Source of the DNA: Nitrososphaeraceae archaeon
GTDB lineage: Archaea; Thermoproteota; Nitrososphaeria; Nitrososphaerales; Nitrososphaeraceae
Direction: 5' to 3'
NCBI GenBank assembly: GCA_035297365.1
Contig: DATGZA010000093.1
Span: forward strand, 1-16,195
Length of the DNA stretch: 16,195 bases
The stretch's first letter is position 1; the number at the start of each line of letters is the position of its first letter. Made by a program: the position numbers and the translations under genes. This document shows positions 7,879 through 16,195 of the stretch, piece after piece. The notes beneath the pieces were generated by a model. It saw nothing but the letters and a program-made list of their open reading frames with translations. It made no database searches and was not told where the DNA came from.

Positions 7879-8514
7879 TTGTTGATGTTTGATATTTTTG
7901 GCTTCCGTTTTTTTTCCTTTTTAGTTTCTGCTCTTTTGATTTCACTGTCTGCAATTTTTTTTACAGACGTATATAACGAGATAAAACTAATTTACGGTGA
8001 AGATTCAAATTCTCAGTTTAAAGACAATTCCACCAAATGGATGCCTTATAGCAATGCAAAATTCTCTCTCATGTATCCAGAAAACTGGAAAGTTGAAGAG
8101 AAAATATCAAAATTTCACATATTAGATCTCAACTTGCTTAAAGTGATCGATGGCAATCGTACTTCCTTTATAGGAATTTCCTTTGATACCTTCCCAGATT
8201 CAGATAAATTATCAAATGAACTTGTTCTTGAACAGTCAGAAGATTTTGGAAAATTTGATAGTAACTCTTACTATAGTGTTTATGAAGTTTTAGAAAAAAA
8301 TTTAACCAAATATAAAATAGATGGTAATCCTTCAGCCAGTCATATCGTAAAGTATGTATTTAGAGAAAATAACCTGGATGGTAAACTTCTTGAAATATTT
8401 TCGATCATAGATAAAAAATTGTTTACATTAATATATCAATCCACAGCACAAAATTTTGATAAAGAATTACCGATAATAGACAGGATAATAAGTTCAATAA
8501 AGATAGTGTCTTAA
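7879..8514 (+). CDS. Exported PsbP-like (Mog1p/PsbP fold) protein
   Basis: N-terminal hydrophobic helix; WxxYSNxxFSLMYPENW; KIDGNPS; C-terminal FDKELPIIDRIISSIKI, typical of PsbP-related proteins expanded in Nitrososphaerales. Confidence 0.75.
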   Translation: MLMFDIFGFRFFSFLVSALLISLSAIFFTDVYNEIKLIYGEDSNSQFKDNSTKWMPYSNAKFSLMYPENWKVEEKISKFHILDLNLLKVIDGNRTSFIGISFDTFPDSDKLSNELVLEQSEDFGKFDSNSYYSVYEVLEKNLTKYKIDGNPSASHIVKYVFRENNLDGKLLEIFSIIDKKLFTLIYQSTAQNFDKELPIIDRIISSIKIVS

Positions 8515-8686
8515 TATTATTATTATACTATAGATTTTGGTTAATGTAGTTATATTGGTCTACGTGATCCATTTTATAATATATTAATCAATTTTCTTTT
8601 CTTTTTGATAGTTTATATCTAAATCAATAAGTTAATTTTGCTTATCCAAAAACATAAAGAATGGTTATTGGAATCTTTTTGTGTTT

Positions 8687-11600
8687 ATGGTACTTGAGGC
8701 GCATTTCAATGCTAAACTCATTGAAAGAAAAATTAGGGATCACATGGAACTAATACAATTTAATAAATTTATTAAAAATGAGATAGAAAATCGAAATAAT
8801 CAAAAAGTTCTGGGCTATGTAGACGGACCTCCTACAATGAATGGAGAACCCCACGTAGGACATTTACGCGGAAGAATAATCAAAGACCTTTGGTTTAGGT
8901 TTAATGTATTAAAACAAAATAAAGTCGTTTTTAGACCAGGATGGGATACTCAAGGTTTACCAGTAGAACTTCAGGTTGAAAAAGAATTGGGTTTAACAGG
9001 AAATAAGAGTGATAATATTAATAGAGTTGGTATCGAGAAAATAGTCCAGTCATGTAAATCCTTAGTCAAGAAATATAATGAAAAATGGGTACATGTTGAT
9101 AAACTTCTCGGTATGTCATTTGATTATGAAAGAGGATATTGGACCTATTATGATCAATATATGGAAAGGGAATGGTCATATTTGAAAAAAGCCTGGGATA
9201 ACGGAATTTTGCAAGAAGGGTTTAGAGTTGTTGCATTTTGTCCATCATGTCAGACTTCTCTAAGTAACTCTGAAGTCAATCAGGGATACGATACTGTTGA
9301 AGATCCATCTTTTTACTACAAGGTAAAACTAGTAGATGATGATTCATATCTTATTGTGTGGACTACCATGCCTTTTACTTTAATAACAGATGAGCTAACT
9401 GCGGTTAATCCTGATGCTAATTATGTCTACGTTAAAGTAAATAATGAAGTTTGGATAATTGGTGAAACAAGATTAAACGATTTGATGAAGGAACTACAAA
9501 TTGATAAATTTGAAACTATCAAAATTACACAAGGTAAAAATCTTGATGGAAAATATTACATCCATCCCTTACTGGACCTTATTCCTGGACTAAAAGGTCT
9601 CTCTAATTCCAGATCCATTCACTTTGTCGTGTCTGAAGATTTTGTGGATGTCACTACTGGTAGCGGTATAGTTCATCTTTCACCTGCTAACGGAGAAGAT
9701 GATTTCAACATAGCTAAAAAGAGAAATGTTCCAATATTTGTTCCAATTGATGATAGAGTATTCTTTACCGAAGCTGCAGGTGAGTTTAAGGATCTATTTG
9801 TTCGGGATGCGGATCAAAAAATAATAGATATTATGAATGAATTGGGAGCTGCTGTGAAAATAGGTAGAATAAAACACCAATATCCGACATGTTGGAGATC
9901 ACATCATAAACTTGTATGGCTAGCAAGGAGAGAATACTTTTATATGATTCATAAATTGGGGGATAAACCTTTAGAAGCAGCAACCAACGTAGAGTATTTT
10001 TTTGATGCTCCAAAGAATAGATTTCTTGAAATAATCAAAGAAAAGGTTCCTTGGTGTATTTCAAGAGAACGTATTTGGGGAACGCCTCTTCCAATCTGGA
10101 CCTGTGAAAACTGTGGAGAAAAAGAACTATTATCAACTAAAAAAGAAGTAGTGGATAGGTCGCAGAATCTTTTATTCATGGACAATGACAAGCTAATAAT
10201 CAAGTTTAAGAAACAAAATAAAGAGGATGTAAAGACAGCTAATAGTCAGGATGTTTCAGCTATTGATAAATGTTATTTCGAATTGCATAGGCCTTGGATT
10301 GATAGAGTTGAAATAAATTGTCTTAAATGTGATTCGAGAATGGTTAGAGAACCTTTTGTGCTTGACACTTGGCACAATAGTGGCTCTGCCCCATTTGCAT
10401 CCTTTAGTGATAAAGAGTATAATAATTTGATACCTGCAGTATTTTTGACGGAGGGAATCGACCAAACTAGAGGGTGGTCGTACTCACTGTTAATGCAAAA
10501 TGTTATCCTGAAAAATGCTTCTACGGCACCATTCCAATCTTTTCTCTTTCAAGGTCATATATTGGATGAGAAAGGAAACAAAATGAGTAAAAGTGCGGGA
10601 AATGTTATTGAAGCAGATTTCTTATTAGATCAAAATCCAGTTGATCTAATCAGATTCTATTTTATCTGGAAGTCATCTCCAATTGAAGCATTAAATTTCA
10701 GCCTTAAAGAAATGGCTTCAAGACCATATCAGGTTTTAAGTACATTATATTATTTACATGTATATTTAAAACAAAATAGTGTATTGGATAATTTCGATAG
10801 AAAAACGCATAACCTTGAATGGGCCTTGCAAAATAATCTATTAGAACTACCAGAAAAATGGTTATTTTCCGTATTACAAAAGTTGATTTTGTATGTGAAT
10901 AATTCCTTTAAAAATTGTAGATTTCATGAGGGAACAAAAGCTATAGAAGAATTTATTATAAATGATATCAGCCAAACCTATATCCCACTTACCAGAAATT
11001 ATATCTGGAATGATAGTATCGAAGAAATCAATAGAAGATTAGCAATATTTGCAACATTGGACTATGTTCTTGAAAAGGTTGATGTAATTCTTCATCCTGT
11101 CTCGCCTTTCCTAACAGAATATTTGTATCTAAATTGCTTCACAAATATTCAAAGAGCAAGTATATTACTTTGTAAATGGCCCGAACCACTGAATGATCTG
11201 ATAAACAAGGATCTTGAAAATACTTTCGAAAAAATAAAGGAAATTATCTCTATATCAAATTCTGCAAGAATGAAAGCCAAACTTAAACGCCGTTGGCCTC
11301 TTTCTAATATTGTCATATGTCAATTTCATGAAAAAAATAAATCCACAAATGAACCTATCACACTTGAACAGGAATTTTCAAAAAGCGAAATATCAGAAAT
11401 CTTGAAAAATCAACTTAATGTGGAGACTTTTAAAATAATAGAGATATCTGCAAATAATGAAATTGAAAAGATCCTTGGATTATTAGAAGCAGAAATCCCA
11501 ATTATTCCATCTGTCTCCCTAATTAAAAAAAATATAGCACCGCAAGTCAAATCTGATATTGGTAAGGTAATTGCGAAATTTGAAAAGCTCGATAAAATTG

Positions 11601-12046
11601 AAGTTTTAAAGTCTCTACAAGATTCTAAAAGTTTTAAAATAATTTATGACGATCTTTCATTATCTTCCATTGAAATTTTCAGTCAAGACTTGGAGATATC
11701 ATTTACTCTCAAAGATGGTTACGTAAATGCGGAAAAAGAAAATATTATGGTTTTCATTTCTTCATTTCGAGATCCAGTTCTACTTATCAAGGGTCTCTTG
11801 AGAGATCTGGCTAGAAATCTCCAACAGTTAAGAAAAGAGAAATCATATAATCCGACCGAGATCCTTTCTACTGCCTATGTTGCAAAATTAGATAAGGACG
11901 AAATATCTTCTTTATCACGATTTAAAGATGAGTTAACATATCTAGTTCGAGTCAAATCGTTAATTTTATCTGAACAACAATTAGATAAAATAGAATATAA
12001 AAATATCGATATAGATGGAAAGGAAGTAAGTATTTCAGTTATATGA
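8687..12046 (+). CDS. ileS: Isoleucine--tRNA ligase (archaeal/eukaryote-like type 2)
   Basis: DGPP...PHVGH (HIGH), GWDTQGLPVE, WTTMP and GSGIVH editing motifs, WCISRERIWGTPLP, EGIDQTRGW, KMSKS, and C-terminal RDLARNLQQLRK. Confidence 0.97.
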   Translation: MVLEAHFNAKLIERKIRDHMELIQFNKFIKNEIENRNNQKVLGYVDGPPTMNGEPHVGHLRGRIIKDLWFRFNVLKQNKVVFRPGWDTQGLPVELQVEKELGLTGNKSDNINRVGIEKIVQSCKSLVKKYNEKWVHVDKLLGMSFDYERGYWTYYDQYMEREWSYLKKAWDNGILQEGFRVVAFCPSCQTSLSNSEVNQGYDTVEDPSFYYKVKLVDDDSYLIVWTTMPFTLITDELTAVNPDANYVYVKVNNEVWIIGETRLNDLMKELQIDKFETIKITQGKNLDGKYYIHPLLDLIPGLKGLSNSRSIHFVVSEDFVDVTTGSGIVHLSPANGEDDFNIAKKRNVPIFVPIDDRVFFTEAAGEFKDLFVRDADQKIIDIMNELGAAVKIGRIKHQYPTCWRSHHKLVWLARREYFYMIHKLGDKPLEAATNVEYFFDAPKNRFLEIIKEKVPWCISRERIWGTPLPIWTCENCGEKELLSTKKEVVDRSQNLLFMDNDKLIIKFKKQNKEDVKTANSQDVSAIDKCYFELHRPWIDRVEINCLKCDSRMVREPFVLDTWHNSGSAPFASFSDKEYNNLIPAVFLTEGIDQTRGWSYSLLMQNVILKNASTAPFQSFLFQGHILDEKGNKMSKSAGNVIEADFLLDQNPVDLIRFYFIWKSSPIEALNFSLKEMASRPYQVLSTLYYLHVYLKQNSVLDNFDRKTHNLEWALQNNLLELPEKWLFSVLQKLILYVNNSFKNCRFHEGTKAIEEFIINDISQTYIPLTRNYIWNDSIEEINRRLAIFATLDYVLEKVDVILHPVSPFLTEYLYLNCFTNIQRASILLCKWPEPLNDLINKDLENTFEKIKEIISISNSARMKAKLKRRWPLSNIVICQFHEKNKSTNEPITLEQEFSKSEISEILKNQLNVETFKIIEISANNEIEKILGLLEAEIPIIPSVSLIKKNIAPQVKSDIGKVIAKFEKLDKIEVLKSLQDSKSFKIIYDDLSLSSIEIFSQDLEISFTLKDGYVNAEKENIMVFISSFRDPVLLIKGLLRDLARNLQQLRKEKSYNPTEILSTAYVAKLDKDEISSLSRFKDELTYLVRVKSLILSEQQLDKIEYKNIDIDGKEVSISVI

Positions 12047-12122
12047 TAAAATAATTTTTGTTTACAAACATATTGCATTTGGATAATTCTTGTTTCCGAT
12101 CTTGTACATGTTAAACATTGTA

Positions 12123-13010
12123 TTACCGACACGCTTTGATATATTCATTTGCAATTTTTACATAGTTATTATCTATTTCTGTACCAACAAAGTTTACTCC
12201 AATATCTATACATGCCAGTGCAGTAGAACCTATTCCCATAAATGGATCATAAACAATCATATTTTCTTTTATTCCATGTAATTTAATACATAAATATGGT
12301 AACTTTTTAGGAAATATAGCTGGATGAGGTCTTCTTTCTTGAATTGTATTGTAAGGAATGAACCAATTATTACCTCTATCTCTTCTGTCACTAGTTGCTG
12401 ATTTCCACCTTCCTATGTTTGTCTTGTCTTGATATGTTACACCTATTGCCAATTTGTCAATTGTCAGGTCTCCGTTCTTTGTGAAATGAAAAATATATTC
12501 ATGTAGATCGCTTAAGAATCTCTTGCTTATTATAGGTTTAAAGTGCCCTACGGAGGTATTTTCTTTTAATATATTATTTTTTCCAATGTCATTATCTTCA
12601 AATGAAATTGATTTGATCCAATGAATAGTATTCTGTAGCTTGTATCCCCCATCAATAAATCTTCTTGCGATATCATAGGGCAATAATGGATCTTTTAACG
12701 TACTTCCAACATTTAAAAAGAAAGCTCCATCTTCCTTTAATATGCATTTACTCTTTTCTGCAATTCTTTGTAACCAACCAAGGTAATCATTTTTTTCTCT
12801 CCTGTCATTATATTTTGTATAATATTTATTTATGTTATATGGTGGGGAAGTTACAATAACATCAAATTTAATTTTGTTTTCATCTATTAATTTCTGCATA
12901 AATTTTATACAATCGATATTGTAAATTCTGTTTGTTTTTATCACACCACTTCTTCTTACGTTAGTGGTATATTTTTTCTTGGTTTTTTTCGCTTGGTTAT
13001 GATTTTTCAA
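12123..13010 (-). CDS. Orphan DNA methyltransferase, class beta (N4-cytosine likely, N6-adenine possible)
   Basis: Motif IV VTSPPYN precedes HPAIFP and motif I DPFMGIGST (beta order). SPPY usually indicates m4C. TTG start uncertain. Confidence 0.92.
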   Translation of the reverse strand: MKNHNQAKKTKKKYTTNVRRSGVIKTNRIYNIDCIKFMQKLIDENKIKFDVIVTSPPYNINKYYTKYNDRREKNDYLGWLQRIAEKSKCILKEDGAFFLNVGSTLKDPLLPYDIARRFIDGGYKLQNTIHWIKSISFEDNDIGKNNILKENTSVGHFKPIISKRFLSDLHEYIFHFTKNGDLTIDKLAIGVTYQDKTNIGRWKSATSDRRDRGNNWFIPYNTIQERRPHPAIFPKKLPYLCIKLHGIKENMIVYDPFMGIGSTALACIDIGVNFVGTEIDNNYVKIANEYIKACR

Positions 13011-13095
13011 TATCAGATAAAATGTAAATTTTTATTTTTTGGCAATTTTGTATATTTTAGCAAGGTCTAATAATGGGTAGATGTTTTAAATATGA

Positions 13096-13437
13096 ATGCA
13101 AAAAAACCCAAATTCAAAATTTCATTATCTTAAATACAATAATCTTGACGATATGCTAAAAATAATGTTGGCCGCATCGCAATCTGCAATAGGGATAAAT
13201 TCTTTACTTTATTTTATAAATTATCATAATAAAAATATCATTTTTATATACAATAGTTCTATTGGAAGCAGTTTAATTCATTATACTGTTGTCATGGAAA
13301 AACCTGGGGACAAGTTTATCCAGCTCAATAAGACAAGTGGAAAATATGAATTTGTGGAAGATCTTGGAACAGAATTACATTCTATCTATATTCCTATTTT
13401 GGATCTAGAAACTACAACCCTAGAATTTCCAATTTAA
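13096..13437 (+). CDS. Hypothetical protein (small alpha/beta archaeal protein)
   Basis: 113-aa ATG ORF filling the gap between genes, with globular composition and no motif I can assign. Confidence 0.7.
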   Translation: MQKNPNSKFHYLKYNNLDDMLKIMLAASQSAIGINSLLYFINYHNKNIIFIYNSSIGSSLIHYTVVMEKPGDKFIQLNKTSGKYEFVEDLGTELHSIYIPILDLETTTLEFPI

Positions 13438-13618
13438 TTTAATCACAAAACGTTTCATTTTTAGTAATCGATTTATAAATTTATTTATAAAGATTAGGGA
13501 TGCATTTAGAAAAAAAATATATATTTTTAGACATATATTTTGTATAATCCTGTGAAATCTAAATTTATATCGATCTACCAGTTAATTTGTTGGATTGGAT
13601 GAATCGATGATAATATAA

Positions 13619-13628
13619 TTTTATAAAT
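13619..13628 (+). promoter_or_regulatory. TATA box (TTTATAAA)
   Basis: Consensus archaeal TATA 20-29 bp upstream of ATG 13647/13656. Confidence 0.5.
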
Positions 13629-13646
13629 ACGTGAGTATCATAGCAT

Positions 13647-14435
13647 ATGCTGATCATGACATATTCAAATTATATTGAATCGTTATTGAGCTACAAGAAA
13701 GAGGATCTTACTTTAGACCAGCGTGCTTTTCTTTTAAAACTTGTAAGCGGACATGATCAATCTTTCAAAATTAAATCATATCTAAGACTACGTAATCCGC
13801 CATCTGACACAAAGGACCCTACATCTATTATATCACAATATCTCGAAGATATTGGGTTTCTAGAAATTAGCAAGGGGAAATTCTTGAGTAGTTCCAAAAG
13901 CTTTCGATTTAGAACTAATGGTTTATTCTATATCTTTCTAAATATTTCTATATATCCTCCACAATTCTTAATCAAATATCAAGACGATATTATTTTACAA
14001 ACTCTTGTTTATCAATTCTTTCAAGAAAAAACTATAAAAATGTCGACAGGTAGATTTTATTCTCAGTTAACTACATATATACAGGAATGTTGCAATCTCA
14101 CTCTTAACGCAATCGATGATGTTAATTCATCAAACAAAGAAGATGATAAAATAAGAATTATTGACCGATTGAAATTTGATTTAGAATGGCTTATCAGGAG
14201 ACTTGCTTTCAAATTATTGATAATGTATAATGAAACTAATTTATTGGCAATTAATACTGGGTTAAAAGATGATGTTAGAGTTACATTATATGAACTGGAA
14301 GCAAAGATGAAAGTAATTTTATCGGGTGATTTAAAATTTATAGATTTAATCGAAAATTTGAATAAAGATTTTTCTGAAGGATACCAAGAAATGATATCGT
14401 TGTATAAAGAGAGTTTGGACTCACAAAAAAAATAA
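13647..14435 (+). CDS. Hypothetical protein, possible N-terminal winged-helix-like region and helical C-terminus
   Basis: 262-aa ORF with an upstream TATA box. ISQYLEDIGFLEI...FRFRTNGLFYI resembles a wHTH recognition helix plus wing (weak). Confidence 0.75.
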   Translation: MLIMTYSNYIESLLSYKKEDLTLDQRAFLLKLVSGHDQSFKIKSYLRLRNPPSDTKDPTSIISQYLEDIGFLEISKGKFLSSSKSFRFRTNGLFYIFLNISIYPPQFLIKYQDDIILQTLVYQFFQEKTIKMSTGRFYSQLTTYIQECCNLTLNAIDDVNSSNKEDDKIRIIDRLKFDLEWLIRRLAFKLLIMYNETNLLAINTGLKDDVRVTLYELEAKMKVILSGDLKFIDLIENLNKDFSEGYQEMISLYKESLDSQKK

Positions 14436-14888
14436 AATATGTATATAACTTTTTGAGATAACCTTCACTGGTCCATTTATTAAGAAATCTCTCTCTCCAT
14501 AATATTTGAAATGATCAATTCAAGATTGTATATATTTTTTTACGGAAATCGAGCTCTTTTACAGGTTAAATTATCTGATAAAATCTTTTGTATTATGCTT
14601 TTAATTTCATCATTCGTAAATATAAAAAATTTAAAGCAGAATCACAAATTATTATATGTTGTTCTAACAATTCCTGTACTTGTCATTTTACTTCAATTAA
14701 GATAAGATAAAATAAATTTGAAAAAATGAAATATATTTTTTGAAATTTTTAAGGATACCTGAAATTTCATACCATTCATATAAACTAATCAGGTTTCCTG
14801 TTCTATCTTAAATTAATAAATTAAGATCTATTTTTGTAATACAAATTACATTCAAAATTGTTAAAGCGTTGGTGTATACGAATAAAAA

Positions 14889-15347
14889 TTATAACTTAAA
14901 CTTATTGTTCTTTCTCTCCTTATACGAGTAAATAAAAGTCAATAACAACATGGCAAATAATACCATTCCAGTAGCCAGATGTCCAGCTACGAGGACGGCG
15001 TGTAGCTCTGAATTTACTACAATCATTCCCATAAAAATCTGTACCAACACGATTAGAGCTGCAATTACTGCTGTTTTTCTAACCGATCTAGCTTTCTTAA
15101 CAGAATATACTGCTGTCGCAATGATAAATCCACTCGTTATTAAAACCAGCATCCTGTGAAAATGCTCAAAGAAATATTTTGAAGATGGAAAATCAAAACC
15201 ATTAGGGCACAAAGGCCAATCAGGACATGAAAGTCCTTGATGAGATGAAGTGATATAAACTCCAATTAACATGATAGAATACGTTAATGATAAGGAGACA
15301 AACGATAACCATACCATTTTTCTTGGTAATTCTCTTTTCTCTTGCAT
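14889..15347 (-). CDS. ctaA: Short (4-TM) heme A synthase, COX15/CtaA family, copy 2
   Basis: GVYITSSHQGLSCPDWPLC, EHFHR, QIFMG and GHLATG; collinear with the protein at 209-673. Confidence 0.88.
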   Translation of the reverse strand: MQEKRELPRKMVWLSFVSLSLTYSIMLIGVYITSSHQGLSCPDWPLCPNGFDFPSSKYFFEHFHRMLVLITSGFIIATAVYSVKKARSVRKTAVIAALIVLVQIFMGMIVVNSELHAVLVAGHLATGMVLFAMLLLTFIYSYKERKNNKFKL

Positions 15348-15729
15348 TATTCAACAGGTATATTTTTATGATAATAATAATTTTCTTACTGTTATCTTAC
15401 AAATCATCATTATTCTAGTAATACTTTGTATCTTTGAAATATCATGAGTATTATTATCTCTGGATTTTGATAAAAATTATATTTCTGTCTGATCTTTGAT
15501 CCATTATAAGTACTAATTGTTTTAAAAAACATTTTTTTATCCTAATTTAAATAGCAATAATATGTTTTTAAATTAATTCTTCAATAGCTTTAACCTTATT
15601 ATATTGATATAATAAATTCATATGTCTCTCAAAAGAGTACGTAAATAATATAGATTAATAAATCCGATCTTATCAGATTTCTTCGATTTCCAATCATGAT
15701 TTATTAATGGATAAAGTATTCATTACATA

Positions 15730-16155
15730 GTGATTAATCCAACATTCAAAAGTTTAATACACGATATTCTTCAACAAAACGATATTATTTTTTCTGTAAA
15801 GAATATAGGTGGTATTTGTGAGGCAAGGTTACAAAAAGATATGAAATTTAAGATTAATGGCCAATGGGCAACGATAGGCGACGAGACAACCCCTTGGCAT
15901 ATTCATCTGAATATTGCCGAAGTCAGAGAAGCAAGATTTGTTAGAGAGTTCAATGAATCTCATAATCGTCAAAGTTACAGTATTCGTTTTTTTGATATCT
16001 GCGGAAATTTGGTAATGCGGGCAAATTTTTCTAAACTCTACGATACAAATGGAAATTTGATTCAAGAGAAAGTATCAAAATTTGAGTCAATCTTTGAGAA
16101 ATATGGTAGACAGGAATCATTGTCTCTTCAAAATATACCCACACCTTCTTGCTAG
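15730..16155 (+). CDS. ChuX/HutX (HemS-fold) heme-binding/trafficking protein
   Basis: FSVKNIGGICE, WHIHLN, ARFV and SYSIRFFDxxGNLVMR match the recalled ChuX/HutX pattern (HxHL...FV...SxSIxFFDxxG). About 140 aa, GTG start. Confidence 0.72.
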   Translation: MINPTFKSLIHDILQQNDIIFSVKNIGGICEARLQKDMKFKINGQWATIGDETTPWHIHLNIAEVREARFVREFNESHNRQSYSIRFFDICGNLVMRANFSKLYDTNGNLIQEKVSKFESIFEKYGRQESLSLQNIPTPSC

Positions 16156-16195
16156 CTTTAAAGTGTTGTTTGCCTGGTATCTATTTAGAAAAATA

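Noticed and set aside
9831-12859. Short ORFs 9831-10013, 9949-10203, 10256-10465, 11875-12132, 12090-12281, 12665-12859
   Set aside because: Overlap ileS or the methyltransferase in antisense with no protein-like features.
12123-14435. Complete restriction-modification or defence island
   Set aside because: No recognisable nuclease, helicase or specificity subunit motifs in the neighbouring ORFs.
14511-14705. 64-aa hydrophobic ORF in an AT-rich intergenic region
   Set aside because: Composition is explained by AT richness and there is no motif; a small membrane protein cannot be fully excluded.
209-15347. Oppositely oriented ctaA copies as ends of an invertible or mobile segment
   Set aside because: Nucleotide similarity is confined to short conserved motifs, no recombinase or transposase is present, and the enclosed genes are housekeeping.
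14950-16065. ORFs 14950-15159 and 15829-16065
   Set aside because: Antisense to ctaA copy 2 and the ChuX-like gene.

Overview
AT-rich archaeal chromosomal window. Gene content and style point to an ammonia-oxidising archaeon (Nitrososphaerota, probably Nitrosocosmicus-like; this is inference). In order, it holds: the 3' end of a blue-copper (cupredoxin) gene, a short heme A synthase (ctaA), a membrane-anchored exported protein, a 618-aa tandem-SDR, a divergent ESCRT-III/CdvB paralog, a TrmB regulator, nnrD, a PAC2 proteasome chaperone, a PsbP-like protein, ileS, an orphan class-beta DNA methyltransferase, two hypotheticals, a second short ctaA and a ChuX/HutX-like heme protein. The most notable observation is that the tandem SDR resembles, along its whole length, the C-terminal malonyl-CoA-reducing half of Chloroflexus-type malonyl-CoA reductase. 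That makes it a candidate for a step of the thaumarchaeal 3HP/4HB carbon-fixation cycle whose enzyme, to my knowledge, is unassigned. Second is a possible heme A supply module made of two half-size CtaA paralogs and a ChuX/HutX carrier. All family calls come from motif recognition by eye and recalled sequences, not database searches. No RNA genes, CRISPR arrays or mobile elements were seen.
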